DNA of 64,000 bases from Eledone cirrhosa (GCA_964016885.1 OZ024755.1:2232001-2296000), one strand, 5' to 3'; counted from the stretch's first letter, positions 12,066-27,773 are shown. Numbers and translations: made by a program. The notes: a model not told the origin generated them from the letters alone.

Positions 12066-13102
12066 CACAAGCTATAAATATTAACATAACGATAGAAGGC
12101 TTTGTGGTATTTCGTTCTGGCTCTCAACTCTGAGTTTAAATCCCGTCGAGATCAACTTTACTTTTCGAGGTCGGTAAAAAACGTACCAATCTGGTACTGG
12201 GGTCGAATCTTCCTCCACATCTTTTATATGAGCGAAATTTGGAACAAAATATGTTCTGCTTCCATTGTCAGTAGAAACTGAAGTTTTTCCAATATGTACA
12301 CACAAAATTCTTTTCCTCTGTATTTCGAAAAAACTAATACATATATATATATACAGTGTGCAATATATATTTATATCTAAGTAGATAGATAGATTGTGAG
12401 TGAGAATGAGATGGAGGGGGAGAGAGAGATATAAGCTACTATAGATATAGGCGGCGCCGTACAGTGAAGGAATTCGTACAGTCTACATTTAAGAAAACAT
12501 ATGTAATCTGGCTTTCAAGGAATTTTTAGTGAAAAATCATTTAACGAAGCAACAGAGATGATCATCAATTTAAGTTTTAACACTAAAAATTCTTTCAAAA
12601 TAAAACTACATATTTTAATACACACAGACAGACAAAGACAGACAGACAGACAGGTAGATGATAACTATAGATTGTACAAAAAAAAGCAATAATATGAAGG
12701 AACAATATCTCCATAAGAAAAACATTTCCTTTGTAGTGGTTGAGGGGTTAAAGGCAAGGCTCGCCTGAATGAACATTCACACATATTCTTTCGTTAAATT
12801 TCTGTTTCAATAATTTACATTCTTTCAAAATAAGATTCCATACGTTATATACACGTGTGTGTGTTACATAAACGTGTGTGTGTAGAGAGAGAGAGAGGAA
12901 TGTGTGTGTTATTATACACATACATTCATGTGTGTGTGTGTGTGTGTGTGTTGTTATACACATAAATGTTTGTGTGTAGAGGAATGTATGTTATTATACA
13001 TAGGTGCCACAGAAATAAAACATGGATTACAGGTTAAAATCTAGTCTAGATAGATGAAACAAAAACGAGGATGTAGTTTATGGAACACCCAAATGATTTA
13101 GA

Positions 13103-13546
13103 AGTCGACCTTAAGTAGGAGCAATAACTTTAAGAAAGACATGGACGACACCACAACACTTGTTTTCAAAATTTTGAAAGTAATTTTATAAGTATGAATT
13201 TTCAGTAGATTTTCGTAGTTGTCTCAGTGGCCCAGCGGTAGGTACTAGAGACGGTGGAGATCCTGGTCTTGGGTTCAATCCTGGTCGAGAGGTACATGTA
13301 ATCTTTTTATTTTATAACCAATAGAAAAAAAAATGGAAAGGTTTACCGGGAACCCTACTCCCGACCAGGATCGAACTTCAGACCACGATCACCACCGTCT
13401 ATGATTCTTCCTACTAGGCCACCTATTAAACTACAGAAGTATTATGAAAATTAATAATTATAAACCTACTTTCAAAATCAAAGTTAAAAAGATGTGGTGT
13501 CGTTCATGGCTTTCCTAGAGCTATTAGTTATATTTAGGGTCGACTT
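13103..13546. mobile_element. Old fold-back element with a tRNA-like head in each arm
   Basis: Imperfect ~200-bp inverted arms; A/B boxes at 13228/13272 on plus and 13421/13377 on minus. Confidence 0.7.
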
Positions 13547-13588
13547 GTCGATCTTCTGACAACCAATACTTTTAGACCCAATCCGCCA

Positions 13589-13628
<40 letters not shown>

Positions 13629-13782
13629 AGAGAGGTGAGTATATGAAGATATATATAAATATATATATAATAGGTTTATATACATATATGGGTAGCCTGG
13701 CTGTTGAAGAAATATAGTTTCGTAGGGAGCACTAAGACAGCTTTTAAGTATAATAGAGGGGTATATGAAGATATATAAACAT

Positions 13783-13821
<39 letters not shown>

Positions 13822-14773
13822 AAGGTACGTGGCTTGGTGGTTAGAGAGTTGGATTCAAAATCGAGGAGTTTTAAGTTCATACATATGCATACATTCATAT
13901 ATACATACATATATACACATACATATATACATACATGTATACTTACAGACATATACACATATAAATATGTATATAGACACAGACACGCGAATATTTGAAA
14001 GAATGTATGGCTTTTTACTTATTTCCTTCAAATACTTTGACACAAGATAAAGAAAGAAAAAGAATAAAAAAGCCAATTTTATCTTCTCGTTACATATATT
14101 CCTTCAGTGATTTTCGATACTGAAAACATTTAAACACGTGTATTTTTTATGATGTCCTCCACCACTGTTATATCTAGTCCAACCCCACCTGCACCCCCCC
14201 TCCACCAACCATTCCTTATCACACTACCCCACAACACATCCCCCACCACCACATTTATCACACTACCCCCAACCATCCCCAACACAATCCTTATCGCCCC
14301 CGGACTCCACCCACCCCATCCCTCCACCATCCCCAACACAATCCTTATCAACCCCCTCCACCCGCAGCACTCCACCCCCGCCGCCACCATACTTATCTGT
14401 CTATTATGCCACAGTTCCGTTTCCTCTTATACAATTCTGGTCACATTTCACTAAATCCTGTTATTTTGGTGTGCTGGGCTTCCAAATACCATTCCGTTGT
14501 AATATTCCTGGTGTTGTTACTGGTGTTCTTCTTGCTCTGTATTATCATTATGGAGAGGGGGGGGGGGGGGTGACAGCATCGGTAGAGCGTTGGACAATAC
14601 GATAGACTTTGCGTTATATAGTTACAGCCCTGTACGTTTTGAGTTCAAATCCCACCGAGATTAGCTTTGCCTTTCATCCTAACCGAGTCGATAAAATAAA
14701 GCAGCAGTATCTATCTATATATATATAAATATATTGTATATGTGTGTATATATATTATATATATAAACTCACT

Positions 14774-14816
<43 letters not shown>

Positions 14817-14914
14817 TGCAAGAGATGTCGACATGAATGGACCTGTTATTTTTATCTAAAGACATTTTTTTCCAATTCCAACCCGCCCGTCCCCTCAATC
14901 TATCTTATTTCACA

Positions 14915-15964
<1,050 letters not shown>

Positions 15965-15974
15965 GGAGTGTATA

Positions 15975-16009
<35 letters not shown>

Positions 16010-16022
16010 GAGGGAGTGTATA

Positions 16023-16053
<31 letters not shown>

Positions 16054-16066
16054 GAGGGAGTGTATA

Positions 16067-16097
<31 letters not shown>

Positions 16098-17693
16098 GTG
16101 AGAATGTGTGACTATAACCTAACACATTGTTTAAGTAATCAAAAGACAACCCGTAGCCTCCATCGTAAAAACATATGTAACAACATATGGCATCCTTGTT
16201 GAAAGAGAGTGGGCTGATAATAATTATACTCACAAACAGCACATCCATACACACACATCCACACACACACATCCATACACACACATCCACACACATATAC
16301 ACACATACAGCATATCAAGTCATACACACATAAACGAATATATTCAGGAAGAAATTGATTTCACACATGGCTGCACACACATACATTCGTGCACACAACC
16401 ATGTAGCTGTTATCATATTTACATCCTCCACATCTCTCTCTACATGGTGTCCCCAAAAATACACTTCAACAGCACATATATTTTTGGGGGACACCCTGTG
16501 TATATGTGTGTATGTGTGTGTGTGTACTAGTTTGCGGTACTGGGACCGGGAAAGAGGTTACTCTCTCTCTCTCTCTCTCATTTACTTACTCTCACACTCA
16601 CTCATTCTCACACTCACTCTCTCACACTCTCTCTCTCTCTCTCTCACATTCACTTACTCTCACACTCACTCATTCTCACACTCACTCACTCTCTCACACA
16701 CTCTCTCTCTCTCTCACACTCTCTCTCACACTCACTCACTCACTCTAACCAAAGAACAAGGAATATTCAACGTCAGAGATGAATGATCCCTCCTTGTCAA
16801 CTGACCAAATGTGGAACTGTAACTTAATATAAGTTACACCACAACCCATTCCACGTCTTCTTTTATATTTAAAATTTGCCTAGGTTCCCCACATTTGTTC
16901 TACGAGGTCGACTGACCTGTTAGAAATAGCAGCCGAATTTCCCTGGGTGGTAGAAATATCCGTTGTCCAATGTCACACCGTTCCTTGTTTTTAGTGGAGT
17001 TTCCTCTGCTGCGATTGTTTAAGCGTGATCTCCGGTAAGAGGAAAACTTACTTTTTTCCATCATGCGAGTTTTAGAACCTCTGAAACTATTACAGGGTTT
17101 GTTCTAGCTGCTCCCTTTCACTCCCTCACTAAGCGGTAAATAAATCTTACTTTGTTATCTGATAAATGAAAACACACGTTAGATAACTTAACCTTAGATA
17201 TTACTAAAAAGAAGGGATAGTCGTGGATGAAAAATGTTAATCATAAGTTTGCTCGATAACGATTCACCCGGGACAGAACAAGAGCAGAAAGTCTCTGCTT
17301 CGTCGTACGACTTGCTAAATTTAGCAGACAAACTTCATTCAGATATCTCATTACCTTCTTAAAGAAAGAACATTGTCGCTGATATGATTCAAGGCATGCT
17401 ATGCCCTGATAAAGGATGCGATACTGACGGCTGAAATGTTTGAGATCTGAGGGGTTTTCATCCAGAAATGACCTGATACTAAAAATAAAATAGCATCAAC
17501 AACACGGACCAACGATGGAGACTCTGTTTGGGCTGGTAGACATCGGAGCGGAGTTAGCTACCCGCAATGTAGTGTCTATTCCAGCACGTCTCCCTCCCTC
17601 GCCATCCTCCGGGGCAGCAATCTCTTCTCCATCCTGTCCACCGAGACTTTTAGGTGGACTGACCCTTAACCTAGGACAATTGTCAAAAGTATC

Positions 17694-17729
<36 letters not shown>

Positions 17730-17805
17730 GGTTTGTAGTCAAGCCTATGACAATGGAGACTTCTGGCGTTCTTGGCCTAGGGCGCAGTTGTACTTTACTG
17801 CTATA

Positions 17806-18043
17806 AACACAGAAACGGTTTGATCTGAGGTTCAAACCCAACACAGGAACGGTTTGATCTAAGGTTCAAACCCAACACAGGAACGGTTTGATCTAAGGTT
17901 CAAAGCCAACACAGGAATGGTTTGATCTAAGGTTCAAAGCCAACACAGGAACGGTTTGATCTAAGGTTCAAAGCCAACACAGGAACGGTTTGATCTAAGG
18001 TTCAAAGCCAACACAGGAACGGTTTGATCTAAGGTTCAAACCC
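17806..18043 (+). repeat. 34-bp minisatellite, 7 copies
   Basis: Unit AACACAGGAACGGTTTGATCTAAGGTTCAAA(C/G)CC. Confidence 0.95.
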
Positions 18044-18355
18044 AATACAAAAACTCCGTTCACTGAACAGCTTGATTGTTAATCTAAACAGATCTCTAAG
18101 TGTTGTTTACAGATTAACTACTTTGGGCGGCTGACTAAGTGGTTAAAAACATAACAATTTGACGGTTATTTCTTAAATTAGAATTAATATCAAACCTAAC
18201 TGTGAATAACAACGTGACAACACTACACATTAATTTCGTTTCTTAATTAGTTAATGTTAATTCTCATTAACATATTAATTTCTTCGATAATTGGTATGCT
18301 AATGACTACCATATAATACACTTGGCATAGAAATAATTGTCTCGGAATGTAGCTT

Positions 18356-18399
<44 letters not shown>

Positions 18400-18407
18400 A
18401 GTGTATA

Positions 18408-18452
<45 letters not shown>

Positions 18453-18789
18453 AGTGTATAATGTATATATATATATGTGTGTGTGTATAATATATATATA
18501 TATGTATATAATGTTTGTATGTATATATAACAGAAAGGCGGCTGATTTGTGTGAAATAGTGCTGTAGAGTAAGAATGGTCTGAGAACCACACAACTTATT
18601 ATAAGACTGATTATTCATACCTTAAAACTGACGCTGTGCCATATTTCTGTTGAAGACAGATTTAAATGTCTGCTTTCTATGTTGAAGTGAGCTCCGTGTT
18701 AAGGTGCAGTTCACCGTGCCAAATAAAACTATATTATACAGTTGTGTATTAGTAATTCCTTTCAACTATTCAACTAAACTAGCCTCATG

Positions 18790-19248
18790 CAGACTCAGAC
18801 TCAGAAGCTCCCGCGTCTTGCGACACATGAGGCAATCATAGTGTTCCATCACGTTCGGTCAGCAGCCAGTTGCACAGCGTCCCGCCATTGTCTGTTTGTC
18901 GCTTGCAGGTCCCGCTCAAATCTCTGGCGCCAGTTCATATTGGGTCGCCCTCTCCGTCTGCTTCCCTGCGGGCTCCATTTAAGTACTTGGTTCGCCAGTC
19001 TCTCCGGGGGAAGTCTCAAATCGTGTCCAAACCAGCCCAGGCGTCGCTTGCAGATGGTAGAAGAGACTAGCTGCTGGTTGGTGCGGTTCCTGACTTCCTG
19101 GTTTGTTACATGGTCACTCCATTTAATTCCCAGGATCTTTCGCAGACATCTGGAATCGAATGCGTTCAACTTCTTCTCTTGGCTGGTCTTAAGGTGCCAT
19201 GTTTCACTTCCGTACAAGAGTGTGGACAGCACGTTACTGTTGTAGAAG
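18790..19248 (-). mobile_element. RTE-clade LINE 3' end (RT thumb/C-terminal region)
   Basis: LSTLLYGSETW...LNAFDSRCLRKILGIKWSDHVTNQEV...RRLGWFGH...RRRGRP..NWR; short tandem tail (CTGAGT)2. Confidence 0.9.
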
Positions 19249-19289
19249 AGAATATAATAGATTGAATATAGTCCAGGATATTGCTTTAA

Positions 19290-19445
19290 AGTCTAACATC
19301 TGTCTCGAGCCAAGAGGCTTATAAAGCCTGGTTTCCGTGGACTGAGAGTACAAGACTCTCCCACTGAACAGGATGCCAGTCCATAGCAGGTTTAAACCCC
19401 CAGATATTGCTGGTACTCATTTACAGCTGAGTTTACTGGAACAAC
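19290..19445 (-). mobile_element. SINE family A, 3' half
   Basis: Reverse-complement homology to 1265-1553. Confidence 0.7.
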
Positions 19446-19989
19446 AGGGATAGAAATATTTTGATTTAGACGTTGAGACATTGAATCACCTTTTTTTTGC
19501 AAATCATACTACAGATGCAACTGAAAAGGTATCATCTAGCAATCGATCTTTACGTTCTGAAGAGTCCTCTGCTTTAAACGATTAATCTTTACTTGTGGTT
19601 TTTAAATAAATTGAGGGTTCCTAACCAAAATCCTATATTGAATCGATGGATTAAGACGAGATATTACTTGCATATCAGTTTCTATATAAATAGAAGATAT
19701 CTGAGATGTTTCTCAAGATATTTTAGTGGATTGAGAGAAATTTATGATTGCTCTCTTGAAATATGTTGATCCATTCTTATTGCATATAGGAACGGTAGTA
19801 ACAAAAATATGTTTAATTTTCAACTTTGCTCAGCAGAAAATTTATGGAATATTAGCCTTAGATAATGATTATGGATTGAAGGACGCCTATTATTTGTACT
19901 TCCTTGCACAAAGCAAAATATTTACTGTGCTATTATGAAATAATTTATCCGCCATAGTAATTTGAATTTCAACTAGATTTCCATCACAC

Positions 19990-19998
19990 ACACGCACA

Positions 19999-20069
<71 letters not shown>

Positions 20070-20297
20070 GCACATTCTCTCTCTCTCGCCCTCTTTAGCC
20101 CTCGTTCTCTCTCTCGTTCTCTCTCTCTCGTTCTCTTTCTCTCGTTCTCTTTCTCTCGTTCTCTTTCTCTCGTTCTCTTTCTCTCGTTCTCTTTCTCTCG
20201 TTCTCTTTCTCTCGTTCTCTTTCTCTCGTTCTCTTTCTCTCGTTCTCTTTCTCTCGTTCTCTTTCTCTCTCTCTCTCTCTCCCGTTCTCTCTCTCGT
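19990..20297. repeat. (GCAC)n plus 14-bp CTCTTTCTCTCGTT array
   Basis: Direct inspection. Confidence 0.9.
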
Positions 20298-20671
20298 TGA
20301 CAGTACTTTATTTTCATCACTGTTAATTTCTGTGATTTTTTTTCCTTTTCAACCTTACCCATAGCATTATTCCCTTTTCTCTTTTCCTCACCATTCTTCT
20401 ACCTCCCACCTCCTCCTCACCATTCTTCTACCTCCCACCTCTTTCTATGATTACGTCAGACCCCCCAATAAACATTGGACACTTTCTGCTAACATCAACT
20501 CTACTTGGTCAAGGTTATATTTCACCGAAGGGGAAATAATCTGAGGCATCTTCTTCAACCTATAATTATGCTCTTCTTTCTGTCTTTACATTATAAACTG
20601 TTAAGATTTTACACCAGTTTAGGAATCAACTCTGGGATGACAACCTTTAGCTTCAACAATATTTTTTGTTT

Positions 20672-21260
20672 CCTCTTTCTCTCATTCCTTGCTTTCTCTC
20701 ATTCTCTTTCTCTCACTCTCTTTCTCTCATTCTCTGCTTTCTCTCATTCTCTGCTTTCTCTCATTCTCTGCTTTCTCTCATTCTCTTTCTCTCATTCTCT
20801 TTCTCTCACTCTCTTTCTCTCACTCTCTTTCTCTCACTCTCTTTCTCTCACTCTCTTTCTCTCACTCTCTTTCTCTCATTCCTTGCTTTCTCTCATTCCT
20901 TGCTTTCTCTCACTCTCTTTCTCTCATTCTCTGCTTTCTCTCACTCTCTTTCTCTCATTCCTTGCTTTCTCTCATTCTCTGCTTTCTCTCATTCCTTGCT
21001 TTCTCTCACACTCTTTCTCTCGTTCTCTGCTTTCTCTCACTCTCTTTCTCTCATTCCTTGCTTTCTCTCATTCTCTTTCTCTCATTCCTTGCTTTCTCTC
21101 ATTCTCTTTCTCTCATTCTCTTTCTCTCACTCTCTTTCTCTCATTCTCTTTCTCTCATTCTCTTTCTCTCTTTCTCTCATTCTCTTTCTCTCATTCTCTT
21201 TCTCTCATTCTCTTTCTCTCACTCTTTCTCTCACTCTCTTTCTCACACTCTTTCTCTTAT
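20672..21260. repeat. Polypyrimidine CT-rich minisatellite
   Basis: Units based on TTCTCTCATTCTCT(GCT). Confidence 0.9.
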
Positions 21261-21529
21261 TTCCTTTTTCTCATTCTCTTCTTCATATTTTTTGATTTCT
21301 TTCTTTCAATTTAGATTTTTAAATATTTTTAATATATAAATTCATGAATGAGTTGTATTCTGGAAGCGTTTAATCTCTCTCTCTCCCTGTAATTCTTACG
21401 CCCCCACTATCTCTCTCTCTCTTTCTCTTTCTCTCTCTCTTTCTATCTCTCTCTCTCTCCTAATCTATCTTGTTATTTTCTCTTATCTTTTCCTACTATG
21501 CTATTTCAATATTTTTTATATTTTAAAAG

Positions 21530-21549
<20 letters not shown>

Positions 21550-21560
<11 letters not shown>

Positions 21561-21773
21561 CACATATAACAATAATATACACACCACATACAACAACAAT
21601 ATATACACCACATACAACAATATACACCAGATACAACAACAATATATACACCACATACAACAATATATACACCACATACAACAACAATATATACACCACA
21701 TACAACAACAATATATACACCACATACAACAACAATATATACACCACATACAACAATATACACCACATACAAC
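21550..21773. repeat. 21-24-bp minisatellite
   Basis: ACACCACATACAACAACAATATAT units. Confidence 0.9.
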
Positions 21774-21892
21774 TGTTAATCTAGTCTGTGGTGTTATTTA
21801 GGATTATTCATTCCCATCATGGTTTCTTGTTTCATTTCCCAAATGTTGTCCGATGGTCGACTGGAAACTTTGAAGCATCAGTTTACAATAAG

Positions 21893-22260
21893 TGTTTCTA
21901 CTTTTGGCACAAGGCCAGCAAATTACCAGTGCATTACTGGTACTTTATTTTATCGACCCCGTAAGGATGAAAGGCAAAGTTAACCTCGGCGGGATTTGAG
22001 CTCAGAATGGTAACTCTATGCGTCAAAGCATGGCGTTCGAGCATCTACAATAATGGTTTCTGGTTTAATCCCAAGGACAACAATTTGGGGAGGAGGAGAG
22101 AACATCGATTAATTCCACCCCAGTACATTACAGGTAATTTATTTTATCGACCCTGTAAGGATAAAAGGCAAAGCTTACCTCGGTGGGATTTGAACACAGA
22201 ACGTAAAGAGCTGTAACTAAGTAAGCAACAAATTATGTTGTTTGACGCTCTACCGATCAC
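21893..22260 (-). mobile_element. Two tandem SINE family B copies
   Basis: Reverse-complement homology to 4083-4272, occurring twice. Confidence 0.8.
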
Positions 22261-23445
22261 TGTCACACCACCTCCTTTAATATTGTAATATATATGTAAC
22301 GACAGTGACATGTACCTGTCACCTTTTCCCTGATAATGATATACCTGTGAGATTCACAGCAAGACTACATTTAGTAAATGTAAAACTATTTATTGTATGT
22401 TCCTATCCGTCTTTATTCAGAATCACACTGTGTTAGTGATACCACCTCTCTTAGCCTGATGTATCTATGGTGATATAGCTATGATAGAAAACATATGTAT
22501 GTATACACACACACGCACACCTATAATATATATATATACACATACACACATTTATACACACATATAAATATATTAAAGGTATGTCTTTCATTTTTAATCT
22601 TTCTCCGTAAATCTCCCCTTTCTTTTCCTCTCATTGCCTTTCTCTCTCTTCTTTTTCTCCACCTACGATTTAGTTACTCCTAACCTATCTTTATCTCTCT
22701 CTCCTCTCTATCTGTCTCTCTCTCTCTTGCTCTCTCCTTCTCGCTCGCTCTCTCCCTCTCGCTCTCTCTCTCCCTCTCGCCCCCCCCCTCCCCCCTCCCC
22801 CTCTCTCTCTCTCGCCCCCCTCTCTCTCCCTCTCGTTTCTCAGTACAAAAGACTTAACATACTGCTTCATATTTCATTGCCAAGATAATCTCGTCAATGT
22901 ATAATCGTATTAAGTAAAGAAACCGATATAGAGACGGGTAAGACAGAAAGAGATATAGAGACAGGTAAGACAGAGATATAGAGACAGGTAAGACAGAAAG
23001 AGATATAGAGACAGGTAAGACAGAAAGAAAGAGACAAAGAAAGAAAAGAACAAACAAAATAAAGAAAAGAAAAAACAAAAGAAAGACGAAAGACAAGAAT
23101 GTCTGAGAGAGACGGAGAGAAAGAGAGATAGGGAGAGAGACAGATACAGGGAGGGAGAGAGAGAGACTCACAAAAATCCGGACCAAGTTATTTTTAAAAA
23201 TTGCTCCAGATATATAAGACACATTTTGTTAGCGTTATTGTTGCTGTTGTTGTTATTGTTGTTGTTGTTAAGCTTACTAAGATTTATGTCATTGTAATAA
23301 GTTCTATATATTGTAGACAAAAAAATATACTACATTAAAATATAAATTAATATCATATAATATTGGTTTCTGATTTAGGCACAAGGCCAGCAATCTTTTT
23401 GGTGGGGTGGGGGGTTTAGATCGACCCCCGCCCAGTGCATTACTG

Positions 23446-24194
<749 letters not shown>

Positions 24195-24449
24195 GCATTA
24201 CTGGTACTATTTTATCGACACTGTAACACAAAGCTAACCTCGGCAGGATTTGAACTCAGATCGTAAAGAGACATAACTCTATGCCATAAAGCATGTTGAC
24301 CGGCGCTCTACCGATACTGCCAATGTAACACCCTTCAGCTAATGGTAATACCAAGAATTATTTCATTTATTGAACAAAGGGGAACCAAAAGTACCAAGTA
24401 GAAATTAATGGATGATTAACTCCAGTAAAATCAAGTCGTAACCAACAAG

Positions 24450-24642
24450 ATGGTTGTTACAGGACATGTTCAAAGATTGGGGTGTTGTTGTTGTTACAGG
24501 ACATGTTCAAAGATGGGGTGTTGTTGTTGTTGTTACAGGACATGTTCAAAGATGGGGTGTTGTTGTTGTTGTTACAGGACATGTTCAAAGATGGGGTGTT
24601 GTTGTTGTTACAGGACATGTTCAAAGATGGGGTGTTGTTGTT
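24450..24642. repeat. 36-39-bp minisatellite, 5 copies
   Basis: TTACAGGACATGTTCAAAGATGGGGT(GTT)n. Confidence 0.9.
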
Positions 24643-24929
24643 GCTGTTATTAGAGGCTATGTTGTTGTTGTTGTATATGTTGCTGTTGTTGTTATTAAAA
24701 GTTATGTCCAATGATGTTGTATATGTTCCTAATGTAGTTGTTGTATATGTTCCTAATGTAGTTGTTGTTATTATAGTCTGTCCCAGTATGTTGTTGTTGT
24801 TGTTGTTGTTCCAATATTGTGGGAGAGATTCTTTTACTTTTAACGTTACGCTGTCTTATCTAATTCTTTATTGATTCCGATAACAGAATTAAAATGAAAT
24901 TATGAAAAACAAATATAAAAATTATACCA

Positions 24930-24960
<31 letters not shown>

Positions 24961-25863
24961 CACACACCACACCACACACCACACACACCACACACCACAC
25001 ACCACACACACACACACCCATATATACTATAAACACACACACCCATATATACTATAAACACACACACCCATATATACTATAAACACACGTATACATATAT
25101 GGACACACACACACACACACACGGTTCGTTGGAAGCTCTGTAACAAAATATATGCAGAAAGACTTGTTGATAAGCATCTATATATTATATATGCATATAT
25201 TAATGTAAAGAGTTGTAGCTCTGCGCATATAGATGAAACTATAATTGCGTTTTACATAATTTGCATATAGATAGGTCTTTAATTGTGCATGCTAAAGGCA
25301 CATTTTAACCGAATGATCTGGAACTATACGTCAGTAATTAATTACACATTCTTATTTTCCTCCTGCTTACTCTTCTTCTTCGTCTTCTTCGTTCTTCTGT
25401 TTCTCCTCTTCCTACACCTACTCCGTCTCCGCTCTTCCTGTGAGATGAAAATGTATTTCATTCATATTTATTTTAAATTTCAATCTAACCCTTCCAATAT
25501 CCACCCCACCCCCCACCCCCACTCTTCAAACGCACACACACACACACACTCACACACACATACACACTCTGTCTCTCTCTCTCTCCATCGCCCCTAATAG
25601 CTTCTAATGTAGTCTCAAGGCCAACAATTTAAAGGGTTAAGGAGAAAGTCGATTATATCGATCTCAGCATTAGTTTTATCAACGCCGAAAGAATGGATGC
25701 CAAAGCTGACCTAGCTGGGATTTGAACTCAGAATATAGAGAGCCGCAGGTAAATACAGCAAGACATTTTCTTCACCATTCTACTTAGAATATGACTAATC
25801 CACCATAAAACCTTTTGGTGAAGGGTACAACCGAATATATCAACATTAGTAATTCTAAAAAGT

Positions 25864-26145
25864 CTAAAGTTTGTCTCGAGTCCGGAGACTCATCAGGCCG
25901 ATGTTTATCCTGGTTTCCTCGTGAGGTGAAACGACTGAGAGTATAAGACTCACCCCTGGACAGGACGCCAGTCCATCACAGGGTTAAACCCCCAACTATT
26001 GCTGGTTCTCATTTTCAGCTGAGAATACCGGCGCAACATGAAATGAAGTGTTTTGCTCGAGAACACAACACAACACAGTCCAGGCATCGTACACACGGCA
26101 TTATGATCATAAGTCCAACACCCTTACCACTAGGCCACGGGCCTC
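25864..26145 (-). mobile_element. SINE family A, full length
   Basis: Reverse-complement homology to 1265-1553. Confidence 0.85.
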
Positions 26146-26254
26146 TACACACTAGTAATTAAATGCTTCTTAATTTATCGGCCCTTAAAGGTTGGTAGAC
26201 TTAGTCAACGTGAGCTAGATTTGAACTCAGAACGTAAACAAATTAAACATTAAT

Positions 26255-26570
26255 GATTTCAGATTTAGACACAAAGCCAACAATTTGGGGGGAGGGGGGA
26301 GTCGATTAAATCGACTCCAGTGCATTACTGGTACTTTGTTTTATCGACCCCCGTAAGGATGAAAGGCAAAGCTAACCTCGGCGGGATTTAAACTCAGACG
26401 CAACTCTATGACGTAACTCTATGACGTAACTCTATGACGTAACTCTATGACGCAACTCTATGCCGTAACTCTATGACGTAACTCTATGCCGTAACTCTAT
26501 GACGTAACTCTATGCCGTAACTTTGACGCAACTCTATGCCACAAAGCATGCTGTCCGATGCTCTACCGAT
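26255..26570 (-). mobile_element. SINE family B with internal 13-bp tandem expansion
   Basis: About 11 copies of GTAACTCTATGAC at 26398-26540 inside the tRNA-like head. Confidence 0.85.
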
Positions 26571-27146
26571 TTTATTAGATTATTATTTTATCTTATTTTG
26601 TTTTCTTGTGTTAGGGAAGGCGCGGGGTTTAAGGGCCAAAACCTCGACTAGATTTAAAATCAGTGCATAAAGCTGTGTAACTAAATACTACAAAGCCTTT
26701 TTATCAGTTTGGCGACTCTGCCATTCCTCTTCTATTCTGCCTTCCATTAGATTTGTTTGAGAGAGAAACTTTGCCGCTAAACTTTACCGCCAAAACACAT
26801 TAAATACACGGAGAGAAGCTTGCTTTAGTTTCATATTTCAATGACCGTAGAGATAGCATAATGTTACATTTAGAAGGAATAGATATTACTGGGTTGTAGT
26901 GATATATATGTACATACATACACATACGTACATACACAGTGACAAACACAAACTCACACATACATACACACACAAACTCACACATACATACACACACAAA
27001 ATCACACATACATACACACACAAAATCACACATACATACACAAAACTCACACATACATACATACGTATACATGGATAAGATAGATATATAGAAAGATAGC
27101 TAGACACAGACAGACAGACAGATGTGTGTGTGGGGGGAGGGTCTTT

Positions 27147-27470
27147 CACGACCCTAAAATCACGAGTTCGATCCTTGGTGATGTGTTGTCCTTCGACAAG
27201 ACATTTTATATCACATTACTACTGTCTATTCAACTGACCAAAATGAGTTACACCTGTAATTTGAAAGCTAGCCTTGTCACATTCTGTGTCACGCTGAATC
27301 TCCCTGAGAACTGCATTAAGGGTAAATGTGTGTGTGTGTGGAATACTCAGCCACTTGTATGTTAATTTCACAAGGAGGCTGTTCCGTTGATCTAAATAAA
27401 TACACACCTACATAACTACATACGTTGAATCAACTGGAACACTCATCGTCGTAATTGACGGAGTGCCAGT
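27147..27470 (+). mobile_element. CORE-type SINE, family C
   Basis: GAGTTCGATCC B-box, CORE-like GTTGTCCTTCGACAAGACATTTTATATCAC, 3' body shared with 41680-41848. Confidence 0.7.
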
Positions 27471-27610
27471 TAGTAATATTATATATATATTCACCTCTCT
27501 CTCTCTCTCATATATTCGTTCTCACCTTTTATTTATATATATAGATATAAAGTATTTCCGTCGGAAAGGTACAGGAAAAAAGAGTGCTCTATGTAGGCTA
27601 CAGAGCTTAT

Positions 27611-27752
27611 TAGTTATGTAATAAACAATATAAGATAATTATTTCATTTACTGGTGGTTTCTTGAAGGCAGTGACGACTGAAGACACACATCTGCCTTCA
27701 AGAAACCACTGGTAAATGAAATAATTATCTTATGTTGTTTATTACATAACTA
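27611..27752. mobile_element. Fold-back element with partial hammerhead-like core
   Basis: 61-bp inverted arms (27611-27671 and 27692-27752); CTGAAGA in the loop and GAAACCACTGGTA in the arm. Confidence 0.6.
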
Positions 27753-27773
27753 TATAATCACTCCTTTATATAT

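Noticed and set aside
17806-18043. CRISPR-like arrays (also 24450 and 43733)
   Set aside because: Contiguous tandem units without unique spacers, no cas genes, eukaryotic context.
18787-19245. 152-aa plus-strand ORF
   Set aside because: Antisense shadow of the RTE fragment.
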